A stretch of 64,000 nucleotides of DNA, from NCBI GenBank assembly GCA_002633005.1, contig NMRA01000616.1:62001-126000 (forward strand), in the 5' to 3' direction. Below the pieces are notes generated by a model. That model did no database searches, was not told the DNA's origin, and saw only the letters and a program-made list of their open reading frames with translations. This DNA comes from Phoronis australis. Its lineage: Eukaryota; Animalia; Phoronida. Below are positions 50,670 through 63,800 of the stretch, in pieces (within the stretch, counting starts at the first letter, position 1; each line of letters begins with the position of its first letter). The position numbers were made by a program, and so were the translations under genes.

Positions 50670-51177
50670 AGTACGCTCGTTTCACGCGCACGCGCCATTT
50701 CCTAAATTTTTGCGACATCTCTCGGGAGATGATGATAGCTTGGTAGCAGCAAAATTTGTTCTGAAATTCGGTTTTTCGGTATCAAAATTCTAAAAACTTA
50801 TAATGAAGCGAAACCAGTTCCGATAATTTGTTGTGACGTGTACGCAACCTCGTGAAAAAAGAACAGTTGATTGAAGAATCGGCGAAAAAAGAAACTGGCC
50901 AATAGGTGACGCAATGTTTCATGGCACCGAAAACCGTCGCCAAAGGTCGCTCCACAACTTAGCAGCAGAATAACGGTAGAACGCCATTTTTTCCAACACC
51001 GTTAAATAATTTAGTTTACTCAAGGAAGACCGTAGTTTTTAATTACACTAATTTTGTGTCAGATTTCATATTACCACTTTTTTACCCACATTGGTGAAGT
51101 GCTGTATATTTAGTATATATTTTTGTACCAAGGCTACCCCGCCGGTCGTTAGGTCTACATGTTGATATAAGTTTTAC

Positions 51178-51365
51178 GACGAGGTGACGAGAACTCCCCG
51201 GGCTGTGTGAAATGTCGGAGTTTAATGGAGCTCAACACGCAGAGTAGCCAGCCATCTAGCTGGATGAAGACTATCGTCAAAATACAGCTAGGTACCGCTG
51301 TGTGTTGAGCTCCGACAGACCTCGAAATTGCACACAGCCCGGGTAGTACTGCTCGTCACCTCGTC
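51178..51365. repeat. Long imperfect palindrome (MITE-like); half copy at 50143-50242
   Basis: gacgaggtgacgag..cccgggctgtgtg..ggagctcaacac / gtgttgagctcc..cacacagcccggg..ctcgtcacctcgtc. Confidence 0.8.
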
Positions 51366-52280
51366 CGTCTTTATAATCTCATGCTTTTCGTCAGAAATAC
51401 AGCATCCTAGGTTAGTAATGATTTAGTTATATTTTAGTCACATGTAAACTTTCATTTTAGTCATGACTAAAATTTCTCCATAGCTTATTTGAACTAGTTG
51501 CTACCCGGGCAAAAGCAGCTACTAGTATTTGGGTAATGCTGGTAGGAAATAGCTAACACCTTTAAGTGAACATTTAGTGTTCATCGCAAGAGACAGGAAT
51601 AGTTCTTGAAGAGACCGTTTTATCCACATAGGGATTTACTATCGTTCTGTGCCAGTTTTTTTTTCGTTAGGTTAGGCGCTAAGAGCGTGAAAATAACGCA
51701 CCAAAACAGGCACGTGAATGATCGGCTTCAAGCAAAATAAGTAAATAAAGATTACACAGAAGAAATATTCTTAGTGCCTGGTTTGAACAGCGAAGTGTGG
51801 TGAGGGGGTTCCACATAAATCTCAACATTGTCACTCACTCAATGCTTTGTCTCGAGTCGTTAAAAACTGGTTTTACTATCACCGCGTTACCGGTGTTTTC
51901 ACAGAAGCAAAATAAGAAAGGCAAAAAAGTGATTGAATCTGACTAAACAGAGCGTAAACAAGAAGCATGCCTTCCCAGCTGATCGCAGGATGAAGACGAA
52001 CTATTGGTGAAGACCGTGAGCACATGTGGATCGAAGCACCCATAACTCGCAACGCAATGATAATGCATCATTGTGCTCGATTTTTTTTGGCTCAAAAGAA
52101 AGGGAAAATCGCCATGTAAGTCAGTAAAACCATAGACTATAGTACATGGACCGCCAACTCCGTATACTTTCAATGGACGAAATCTGTGAGCTTGCGCACA
52201 AGCCTTTACGTCATTATTCACTGGCGACACCTGGCTAAATTATCTGGTGTAATTTCCGGCAAGTACGTCGTCTGCTAATC

Positions 52281-52502
52281 ATGGTCGGCTGCTGTGTGGC
52301 CGGTTGTTCGGCTACGCAGGCGAAATGCAGAGGCGTTAGCTTCCATAGTGTACGGAGACCCCAAAATCCGCTGTGGGAGAAAAAGTTATGTTCTCGCGTC
52401 GACGTGAATGGAAGTTGTTCTTCCAAACAAAACTTGTACATTTGTTCACGTCACTTCGAAGATGGGTGTTTTTTAAGAGGCTCTGGTAGGCCTACTACTT
52501 AA
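52281..52502 (+). pseudogene. Third THAP-domain ORF, probably a transposon remnant
   Basis: MVGCCVAGC...VSFH...W...YICSRHFEDGCF, a complete C2CH pattern, followed by a stop. Confidence 0.7.
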
Positions 52503-53309
52503 TCCTGTCTTCACAAATCCATTTTTCTTTTCTCCGTTTTGATGAAAACTATCTTGTAAACTTTTTAACGAAAAATGTCCGCTAAATTTCTTCCAATGGT
52601 AGTGACTGGTGAACTCTTGTCCTTACGAGGACCTTCAGCCATAGTCTAGTGAGCGAATTAACCAAATTACTCTTCGGTTGCCCTGATCAGACGGTTGGTC
52701 TCAGCATAATGCGCACATTTGGCCAGGATTTGGATCAGCGATTTCAACAAATTCACATTCGTGTACAAATAAATAGGACGCTAGTAAAACCTTTAACATA
52801 AATAAAGATTACATTAATACTTCAGAAATAAATACCTGGACCTGTCAAAATCTATCCCGCAATTCAACAGCAGGTTACATACTCAATTATTTATGTCGAC
52901 TGTATGCCGCACAAAACTTGAACCATCTTAGCCAAGTACGCTGCAGTCTATGAAAATACCAGAATAACGAAAAACCTCGGAAGCAAGGGAAATGAACCCT
53001 AAGAGGTAGCAAGCAAGATAAAGGGGGTGGTAGGGACGTGAAGCTGACGTGTGCTAATTTTCAATTTCATACTTTTATGTGGCATTTTCATAATTTTGAT
53101 TTGAGATGTCAACTCAGATCAAACGGTTTGAAAGTTCGGATTTTTAATTTGTAATGAACTTGAGTTGCACTGCACGTGACCTTTTATGAATTTACCGTAG
53201 TTGGCTACAGACAGGCCCACCTTTATAAAAACTAGCAACGTAGACAAACGCATGCGCGCACCCAGGGGAAAAGTCCAAGAGAAAGAGACGAAAGTCCACA
53301 ATACGGCAG

Positions 53310-53396
53310 NNNNNNNNNNNNNNNNNNNNNNNNNNNNNNNNNNNNNNNNNNNNNNNNNNNNNNNNNNNNNNNNNNNNNNNNNNNNNNNNNNNNNNN
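53310..53396. other. Assembly gap
   Basis: 87 N bases. Confidence 1.
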
Positions 53397-54699
53397 GGTT
53401 CGTGACAACGTTGGTGAACGGTAATATCTATCTAAGGTGTTACAACTGTCATCGATATTGTCATCTCCTCTGTTTTCATCCAACCTTCCCAGATGAAAAC
53501 TTGAATGAAGAGGACCTTCAGTACTTGAGTGAGCATGGTATACTGTGTGATTTATGTTGAATTTCTCAACGGTTCTTTTAAGAACCATTTCACGCTATAC
53601 CTACAACCAACGGCCCTTTTAAGGGCCACTCAACACTTCCCAGAAGAACTGCTCACTTGAGAATGTTGATTTATCAACACGCTTTCGTAGTTTTCTCAGT
53701 AGGCGGCCTATGTGAACCGTAAATCAAAAACTGTCCGATAACTATGCTGCTATTGGGCAAGCAGACGACATAAAGGGTCGGAACCGAATTTTGAAATTAA
53801 TTACCAGTAGCATTTTCCAAAAGTACTCACAATACCAACACTTCTATTATTGAAAGACTTTGAAAAGCGTTTCAATACCGAAATTAATATAAATTAATGT
53901 TTTTTCGCTGTTTTGGACAGTAAAGTAGATGCAGGTATTTCTCGTCAAATTACACTGACCGGAAACTGCAGCAGATAGGTCAGGAGAGTTCAACTCAGCT
54001 CGTAAGAATATGCCGGAGTTGCGAATCTGTTGTCTATAATCTATGGTAAAACAGACATGGTGGCTATTTTTATTCCGTGCTATGGGTTGTAAAACATAGA
54101 ACTTAGTAGTGCACTCGGAAAACTTTGTTTTGTATCAGTCGAGTCTTGCAATAAGGCCTAAAGAATGGTTTGTAAATATTCGGGTGTGCCCGTGCAACAT
54201 CAAGCAGAAGGAAAAAGACACCGAAGAGTGCAGGGATTTTCTCGTGACAAAACACGGTCGAAATGTGACAAAACATACACGATAATTGCCGCGAATCCGA
54301 GTACTAAGTTTTGCGGCGACAGGCCCGAAAAAGTATAGCGGTATATGCGATAGAAGCCGGAGGGAGTGCGATGAAGCCAGGTCATTAAGCTGACGGATTG
54401 ACTTCACCAAGGCCAAAGGCTAGTACGAAACTGGCCAGGCTCCCTCCGCGTCCGCAAAAAAAAAACAGCCCGAGAGAAAAAAGAACACTTCGAATCTAAA
54501 TAAAGGCGATGTGCACTACCTGGGACAAAGGCGGTGCCTAAATGCGCGCAACGAAGGTCTGTAGTAGAGCTGGGGAGACGGAATTCGTGTAAACCTTCCG
54601 ATTTACATTATGTATGGGTTTACTCATATTTTAGTCAGATCATTTGCATAATTGGGACGTGACTAAAACTCTAGCCATGCCTAAAAGACTAAAAAGGCA

Positions 54700-54970
54700 T
54701 GCAAGGTTCTGGTGCAAAACAGGGTGCTCTTCCTCATTCGTTTGCAAATTTGTCAGCAGCTTCTTAACCGTCAATGCCAACATGGGCTTTAACACCGGCC
54801 AGTTCACATCAACAGTTCTGCTAGCTGATAGGTGGTTAAGCTCGTTTACACTGGCTTTGACACAGTGGGGAGTTGATTTTGGGCATAGTTAGAACTTTAA
54901 TAACTGCTTCGGCTGTGACAGTATGAAGAATTCCTTGTCACAAAGGACTGCTTCGTGTATGCCTTCCAGA
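54700..54970 (-). mobile_element. RNase H fragment of a non-LTR retrotransposon
   Basis: Frameshifted VNELNHL..VDVNW / VKAHVGIDG*EAADKFA resembles the WVxxHxGIxGNExADxxA motif. Confidence 0.65.
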
Positions 54971-57900
54971 ATCACCAAAATATGAGCATGGTAAATCACG
55001 GAGTTAAAAAATTACGCAACCTAATTAATTGACGAAAAATGTCATTTTTGCATTGCTTTTCATCACTGTTCCACACGGTTAGATTTTAAAAATAGACATT
55101 GTCAAGTACTCCCAAGTCTTCAGTCAATCTTTTTATCGATGACCAGCGCGGAGCTTGAAAGATAGTTTTATATCAAATTCAATGCATAATTTTGTCAACA
55201 TCATGCATCCGTTTTTTGGATATCAGCATCGGAAAGGAAATTATTTTACGTAAACCCTAGAATTGTTTTGGTTTCTAACTTCTAAACCCAAGGAAATCAT
55301 TGTTTTAGAGTGTCTTGGGCCCTATCTAAATCACGTACACCAAACAGCTGGCAACAAGCAAATACTTCTATGACGCAATCATCAATCATTGACATTCCGT
55401 AATCCCAAGCCATGCTATGTATACAATGAGTAGCTATACATGCATTCCCAGTATCTTTGACAGACAAATTCAAGTTAAAGCCCCCAAACCTATCAATTAT
55501 ACAACCTGTATTCCCATATAAAACGTGGAATCCTGCACGTAAATGTAATAGTGCAAATAATTCTCCTCACCTCTGGAACTCAATGAACGATGAAAATAAA
55601 CTGCTATGCTTTTACAGCAGTCGCAACCCTTTGGAGAAACAGGCTTTTACTCACCCTCTCTCATGTCAAGGCGTTTTCGTAGCTGATTAGTCGGACATTC
55701 GCACCCCCGAACTGCCAAAGAATTTTAGGGGTGGCTTGGCAGCCTCTAAGTCCGCCACTGTACAATACATTGTTACTCAAACATATAATGTTGTGTTGCG
55801 CACTATCTGTGATAATCTTCATGTTTAAAGTTAAAAATATGAGCTCCTGGAACACAGCCTTGTTTATCCCAACCGACATTATTTGTAAAATTTGAAATCA
55901 GCCAATCATTGATCAACTTCAGATATTATGTCATAATTCAGGCACCTCCATACAAAGCAAAGATATTTTAGTCACATTTTAGTGTCATCCATATAAACTG
56001 TCAGAAGTTGACTGCAGGTTTGTTTAAAGACCTGCTCTAGAGCTCAAACTGCCCATGTGGTTCCAGTATCTGAAAATACTTACTACATAAAATCTTATTT
56101 TCGACACCCTTTCTTTATAGTCTTTTCGCATTTCTTGCCAAAAACGATTTTTAAGCGTATTTGACCCTTCTCTGTGAGCGTATAATTACCGGCTTTCATC
56201 GGTTATTTCCGTACCCACATTTCCGGCTCATCAGTTCAGGAACTTGTCCTGAACGAAGCCATTTTTTCCTTGTAACTAAATGTGCTATCGCTTGCTCGAA
56301 AAGTCTTCATTATTTTGTTTTATTAGTAATATCTCGTGATTAGTTTGCATAAGTAGTGTATTTATAGTTTGTAGTTAGTGGTCGTTGAATTTTTTGGAAT
56401 GTTACGCGTACTTATTATGGTAAAATAGCATTGGTGTTTAGTTCCTTACGTAGGCCGGTCGAACCTAGGAACCAATATGGGTCGAACCAATTTTTTTCGT
56501 TTTGATTTTTTTCTCGTTTTGAAAAAGTACTTTGCTATCATTGGAAAGTTAGTGCATTCTACTCAGAAAAAATCGAAAAAGTATCAAAATCGGGGCAAGC
56601 AGTGCAAGATATTGCAATTTTTGTGGCGAAATTTGGGTCACTTTGTTTGGATCGCGTCGGCCATATTGGAGGACAGCGGGATAAGTTACGAGTTTAAAAC
56701 TTTGTGTAAATTGTTTTCGCCAACAAATTACGGTGAAATTTAGTTTGACATATCTTTACTTACTATTTTGTACGATTCAACAGTGTTCACCAAATTTCAG
56801 GCTCGCAGTTGTTACTCATTCAGTGGCTAACTCAGTATGCAACTGATTTTGACAACACATACACATCATTTCTGCTGAGAAAAACACTCGTAGCATACAT
56901 ATCAGGTAGTCCCTCAAGATTTTTAAATCAAAAGCATTATGTCATGACTCTTTAACCACATGGGTACTGCCATCATTATCATCTGCTTCGTAGTCATTAA
57001 CTGAAATGGAATATTGATATCTATTGTCACTTATACATTTTTATCGATATAAAATAAAGCTGGTGTAAACTACCACACCATCACTTAAGATCAAAAACTA
57101 AACACTAAATTGTCATCACTTTTGCAATCTCTTTTCTTAAACCAGATCCTCTTATAAACAAGAACAGTTATCCATCAGTTTCACAGATAACTAAACACTG
57201 AATTTCAAAAATTAATTACGCAAAAATTCTCCAGCTTGGGACAGTGAATAATTATTTTGATTATAATCGGAGCTTGTCCCAATTTTTAGAAATTCACACA
57301 CTTGTCTGTCAGAAATTCAAGGGGACTGGTAACAGTGTTTAAAATATTTGACATGAGAGTCACTTTTTATGAGCTTACAAGTGTATTCTTGCAACCTGTT
57401 ACGCTAAAACACTCCATTCGGAATTTGAAAAGTACGAAAATATAAAAATCCCTCATGCCTCAAATTTCAGGATGAAAAAAAATAAATTTCAGCAATGGTT
57501 TCTGTGTTCTGAATTTAGGAGGTTGTTTCAATCTGGAGAATTTTTAATGTATTATATCACCGATGTAGTAGTTAGGATCAACTTTGTCACCTTTGCTTAA
57601 AGTTATATCTTGAAAACAATTATAAGCTATAAATGCGATTCATCTGTTGCAATGAAAAATGTTCAAAGTTGCACCATTTCCAGCATAATGGCGAATGCAC
57701 AAAGCAGTCAATAGCCTCTGTACAGCACAGAGTTTAGGGTTTCTGGCAAACATAGCTATCCCATACATTATGGCTACAGTGAAGTCGTTCTTAGTCATAC
57801 CAATATGTAGTGAATGACGCACAGCAACAGAAGTGATAGCCCATTTCGAAGATTTTCCTCTTGTTTCACAATTTTTCAAAGAAAACTAGCAGCTTGTCAT

Positions 57901-58259
57901 TCTGGTCCCTCATGGGAAGTCTTAGCACACTTTTGTCTGAAGTCTTGCAAAGTTCATCCAAAGATGTACTGACTTTATTAATTTGCTCAGTTGAAGCTTT
58001 AGTCCTGTTTGAGAGGAAAGGGTTGGATTGTTGATAATCCTCAGATACTGAATACCCACAATCAACTAACTCGGACTCAAACTTTAACAATCTCTTTGCT
58101 CCTGTTGGCTTCTTCTTAGAAACAGATGACGAATCAATTAGTACAAGTTTCTGTCGATCTTCAGACTGAGCATTGAGATTGCTGACCTCCATTCTTGCTG
58201 AGTTCTGCCTGCGTCAGTTTTGAACAAAACGAAATGCACGAGCTGCAGATAAACACTCG

Positions 58260-59085
58260 TATAAGAGCTTCATACGCCGGAACATTTAAGGCGAATTATG
58301 TCTCACGCTGGCGGACGTGGTGAAAATAGGAGGGCGCTCGGTGTAAAAATGGCCAGTTGACGATTTGGGTAACTTAAAGAAGAAAAAGTTTGATTACGGG
58401 AGTATTAGTTCGAGTTTGGAAGAATTAAAGACACCAATGGGCACCTAAGGTATCCCTCTATGCGCAAAAAGTACTTATAACAACATGACTTTGATGTTTT
58501 AGTCAGTGTGAGGCACAATTCACCGAAAATCTTTCAATGTATGTAACTCCTACAGGAGCTCCACTGTCTCTACTTTGGCTAGACAACGACCATCGCCTGT
58601 GCTGGCGCAGAAGCTTTTCGGCGAATTATGCCTCACACTGACTAAAGCATCAACGTCATGTTGTTATAAATACCTTTTGCACATAGATGAACACCTTAGG
58701 AGGTCATCGATGTGTTTAATTCCTTCCAACTCGAACAAATACTCCCGTTATCAAACTATTTTTTTGAGAAGTCCCTCGTTCAGTTCCCAAAATCTGTAAC
58801 TCGCCATTTTTAACACTTCTCCCGGCAGATGACATGGCGTACATATGCCCTAGAGTGCGCAGTGTGAAAATGGCGAGTTAACAATTTGGGTAACTGAACG
58901 AGGGACTGTTCGACGACCTCCTAAGGTGTCCCTCTATGCGCAAATGGAATTTATAACAACGTGAATTTATTTATTTATTGTGATATTTAAATTCAGGGTG
59001 GCCTCTTCAGTGAAGAGGGCCCTGAATTTGATGTTTTAGTCAGTGCGAGACATAACTCGCCAAAAACCTGCTGGCGTATGAAATT
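58260..59085. repeat. Compound foldback: a ~190-bp unit in alternating orientations
   Basis: Unit at 58345-58535 (+), 58610-58815 (-) and 58865-59070 (+); outer ends catacgccgg / ctggcgtatg. Confidence 0.75.
58965..59026 (-). mobile_element. L2/CR1-type 3' tail only (extreme 5' truncation)
   Basis: Reverse strand reads cagggccctcttcactgaagaggccaccctg...aataaataaataaat, the same architecture as 38104-38180. Confidence 0.6.
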
Positions 59086-60593
59086 CCGATATCTATGAGC
59101 TGGCGCAGCTAGCACAGACGATGGTCATTGTCTAATCCACTGAATAACAGGCATTGTATTCAGTTGTTACATTCATCAATTTTATTCCACCAAGTCCTTG
59201 TCCAGTTGTTGGTTTCCCATTTTTCCCTAGTATAAAGTGACCAACAACACGTGTATTCGCCTGGTCAAATCTAGACAGTGGTGTGTTCCATCTGGCTAAC
59301 ACTAACAATCTGACTCCAGTTCGTGAGGTGGAACCTGCATTGAAATTATTACAACATATTGATAGCCTCATCCTCAAAACCAGGAACCATTATATTCGAC
59401 TTGTTTCCAAATCAGTTGGGTATGAAAAGACTGAAGTCGAAGTTCAAGCGGCCACAGCCTGTCAAAATCACCAATTTACCTTCAGACGCTTTTTAACACA
59501 CTTTTTATACAAGTACAACAGTACATGGCTGGTCCAGGTTAGATTCCCGGTTCGGGGATTGATCTGAGTGGGCACTTAAAGCAGTTGTTCGGTAACACTT
59601 ACATTGATTTAGAAACGCGATAGGCTTACTGCCTAAATTAGAAATCGCGAGCCACCATGTTTACAAAAGCGCCGTCTACCGAGCAAAATGACAAAAGTGA
59701 ATTACTTTCGCGCAGGCTAATATATTCCATTTGAGTAAGATAATACACGCAGTGTTGGCTTCGATCCACGATTCCTCTTGCTGGTCACAGTTCCTCGTGG
59801 CGCAACACTCGCAGGCAATATCTTCTACCCACGATTCCTCTTCCTGACACAGTCTCTCGTGACGCAACGCTTGTAGGCATTATCTTACTACTCGCGATGC
59901 AAGCGACCAGCTCTTAGTTAACATCCTGTTTGTCAACCCGTGCCCTTGCCAATAGCATCTTTAGAAGTTTTCACGAGATGGCTCTGTTGTACTATTTCCT
60001 CAGTACCTTGTATGAAATGCTATAGCTTCAACTACTAAATCTCGTCCGAGTATTTTTAGACTTCTGCCCAAATCATAATAATTTACTCCCTAAACGATTG
60101 GCTTATAAAAACACATGATCTCATCTAATCATATCATTGGCTGTTACGATCTGACTTCAGAAATTTCTAGAATCTTTCGGGTTCTTTGACCCCAGAAAAA
60201 AGTGAATAACATCATCTAAAAATAGATGTTGACTTCAAAAATACATGTAAACGAGTTTGACCCCATGCTTTTAAAAGTACATATGTCCAAATTTTGGACA
60301 ACTTAATGGAACTACCGCTACCAATTACTTGCTAATCAATATTTATCCAGACATATACGAAGACTTTTTCGTCACATTTAGTCACACCATCAAATATTTC
60401 AAGATGCTCTTGTCACATTCTAGTCATGACTAATTATTTAGTCACGTATTAGCCATAACTAATCCTTTGGCCATGACTAACGTAGGGTAAGAGTAAGCAA
60501 GATAATACGCTTGTTATGGTTTGCAAAGGAAATGTTTTGTTGCATACATGAACATTGGAATGCATCACCTGGTTGAATAAACTCTTTTTTCAG

Positions 60594-60816
60594 ATGTCTG
60601 CCCGAGTAGACGTGCAAGTTGAACACCAAAATTTGGCTTGCGTTAACAACAGAAATGACTATGAAGACGAGAAGGTAATGTCACTACCTGCCACCCGTCG
60701 ATCAAAGTGGAGGATTTCCATCAGGTGCACTGTTCTGGAAAAAGTACTGCTGGCGACAGTCCTCGTGCTGCTTGTTGTGGTCATCGGGCTGATTGTGTTC
60801 TTCACAAGTCTGTCAG
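60594..60816 (+). CDS. First coding exon (cytoplasmic tail and TM anchor) of a second, paralogous M13 peptidase; remainder beyond the window
   Basis: tttttcag|ATG; MSARVDVQVEHQNLAC...RSKWRISIRCTVLEKVLLATVLVLLVVVIGLIVFFTSLS aligns with exon 28205-28418 and has the same phase-1 donor (G|gtgac). Confidence 0.85.
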
Positions 60817-63800
60817 GTGACTTGAGATAAACTGAAATCTTCACAGTTTATACATTTTACTGTACTCCATCCCTTCATTACCACAGTTGCTGTTGCTGTT
60901 AGGTTTATTGTTGTACTCAGTTACTGTTCAATTACTTAGGTTTTCTGTTAAATGTTGGAGTTTGTTTCCGCAGCATTTCATTGCGCGCGGCAATTACCAC
61001 CACAATTTTGAAGTGTATCACACGCTATGCATGACGTAACATTCCGCGAGACTGTGCCGACGCTAACCAAGAAATGGAGTTTCATGAATGCTGGACGATG
61101 AGCATTGTTCTTGTGGGTTTTCTCTTTTGCTACTGCTGGAAACTCATCGAATTGCAATATGCGAAGGATCTGATTTGCTTTTTAAAGAAGATTACGCGTT
61201 TGATGAACTGCGATGAAGAATCAGGTAAATAGGCTAGTATCCGATTGATGTGTAGTCAATGCTTACCAGGGACCCTGAATCAGTGGTCGAATATAGTAGC
61301 TCTTGAATTAGACAACCAGTTCCATCCATTAAATAACCAACCGTTAGAAATCAGTGTTGACTGGTTCTCAAAATTTGGCCCACAGAAACTAGAAGATTCA
61401 CCCTGACCCTAGCCGTCACAACTTGTCCACCCGAGGACTTGGAGTAATGTGACACAGGTCCTAACGCACGGTTTCCACAAAATTCAAGATTGTTCTAAAA
61501 CCCCCTCGACCCCCACACCCCACGACCCCCTCGACTCACGACCCCCTCGACTCACGGCCCACAACCCCCTCGACCCAGTCCACACTCGATCTGACCATTG
61601 AACAAGCCACACGTCCTGGCTCCAGAAGTACATGTATCTGTTGTGTTAGTCACTGTTGTTTTCAGAAAACACGAAGACTAGACTTCCTGCTACTACCTTA
61701 CGGAGAGGTTGCTGTAAAACTTTGTTTTAGCATTGACATTTAATTGAGCCAGGTGTGATGGGTTGCAGTTTGTCAACAGTGTTTTTAGGTGGTGTGCGTC
61801 AAGTACGCTATAGATGTCCCATCAGAATCATAGGATCACATCTTGTGTCATAAGTCAAGAGAAATCCCTTTCTGACAGGAATTTGAGCAGGGGAACCTCA
61901 GCATTCTGAAGTGATGCACTAGTCCAGCAGCATTATTTCTATTCTAGCGAGGCCCTTACGTTATTGAAATATACCCAGCATCGGATGTACATGTACTTCT
62001 TTTTGAGCTTGTAAATATTAGAAGTATTAATAAATACGATGCAACCATGCATCTCTGATGTGCTATTTACTATGATACTTAGTTCGAGAGGTGTACATGA
62101 ATTTCCAAACTACATTTTTCACCAAAAAAACATACTTGATACTGGTCTATTTTTGGAAAATCGTGTCTCCTGCGGTTTCTTAGTTGCTCGCTTTTACAAA
62201 CAAGAAAATCCACCCGAGACGAGCAAAATGGTGGAGCATTTGTGTGTGTTTTTAGTGAACCCTTGGCAAGTTATGGCATTTGGGACTTTGTTATCCTTGC
62301 TTACATGCACGGACCGTTGCTTTTTTGCAGCTTTTCTAAAAGAACACGAGACCTTGACTGAAAGTTATTCAGGTGGACTTTTTAGTGTTATCTTTGTAGT
62401 TAGTGAGCGTAGCTCTGACGACGAGGTCGGGTACAGATACTTTTTATAATATTTATTACGAAATCTTCAATACAATGAATATGCATTGCTCATAAAGCGC
62501 CAAGAGGTGTTATCTGGGTTAAGTAAATTCAAAGAAATCTTTATAACATTATTATACACAAACATACATTAGAGCGTTGGTCTGACAGTGAGTTCGGTTA
62601 CAGACCATCACCAACGATGACGTGTTTCGTGTGGTCTTCGTAAAAATGACTGATGAAATATATCAGGTCCTTGTCAACGGGTCGATACTTCTGCATCCCG
62701 TTTCATGAAACATTTTCTATCTTAACCTAACCAGAAATCGAGCTAACCAACGCGTCTTAGCCCCTTTTCATGAAAATTAAAGTAAGGTCAAAATCGGTTG
62801 AAGTTAAGACAGAAATTTGGCCTTCTACAAAGTGGGCTAAAGAATGTTTTTTTGGTCTAAATGACTAAAACTTACGACTACATGTATCATTATTGTAAAC
62901 TATTGAGAAAGTTTTTACAACCTATTGCATTGAAAATTGTCTGTTTTCTATTCCAGAACCGGCACCTCAGTGACAGGGCAGTACAACTTACCTGTACTTG
63001 TGAAATGATATTTTCTAGTAGTACCAGTGTCTTGTCAAGTAAACTAGACCTCAATTGTATCCAGAATATTGTAAATATATCTTCAAGTTTCAAGACCAAG
63101 GTTATTCTTGAAATCGTATTTCAAACACCACCTCTTTTAGTTTTGTAAATTCGCAACCAGTGGCGAAAGGGTATTTTGTGTATTCACCTATTTCACGAAC
63201 TGATTTAATTTTAAATTGAAGACAGGTATTCGTCTTTTCTTTGCTCGTAGCTCTAATTTCGATCTCAACAGTACATTTTTTGATGTTGAGTCACTTATGT
63301 TTGATGTTTCGTCACTTAATTGAAAGGTGTACATTTTTACCTAAGCTGAGCAGACACATCATTTTACCAAAATATTACTTTTTGAACACAATAAATTTGG
63401 TTGTAATCGGATTTCATGATGAAAAACTGCCTCTGGCCCAGTATTGTCACTGCAGGCAAAAAGCTGATTTTTAGTATCTTATTGGTGTGGTTATCACGTT
63501 TTTATTGCAGGACCCATTTAAATATTTTGAACTACTGTAAAATATCAAGAAATATGCTGAGAACCAGTCATATTACCTGTAATATAAGACGTTGTTCAAG
63601 GCGGTGTTTAAATTGCTGTAAGCATACTTAGTAAATATGGTCAGGTGTCCCTTAAAACTGCTATTGATTCAACAGTTTTTGAAGTAGACAGTCTTCATAA
63701 AGGTGGTCTCGATTTAATATGCAGAAAGTTGAGTCTTTACTGAACTGGTAGTTAGACGCTTGTCAGCACAGGGAGTGTCTTCTGGAATGTCATCAATTTC

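Noticed and set aside
62615-62660. GAAACACGUC hammerhead half on the minus strand
   Set aside because: No upstream CUGANGA or stem II.
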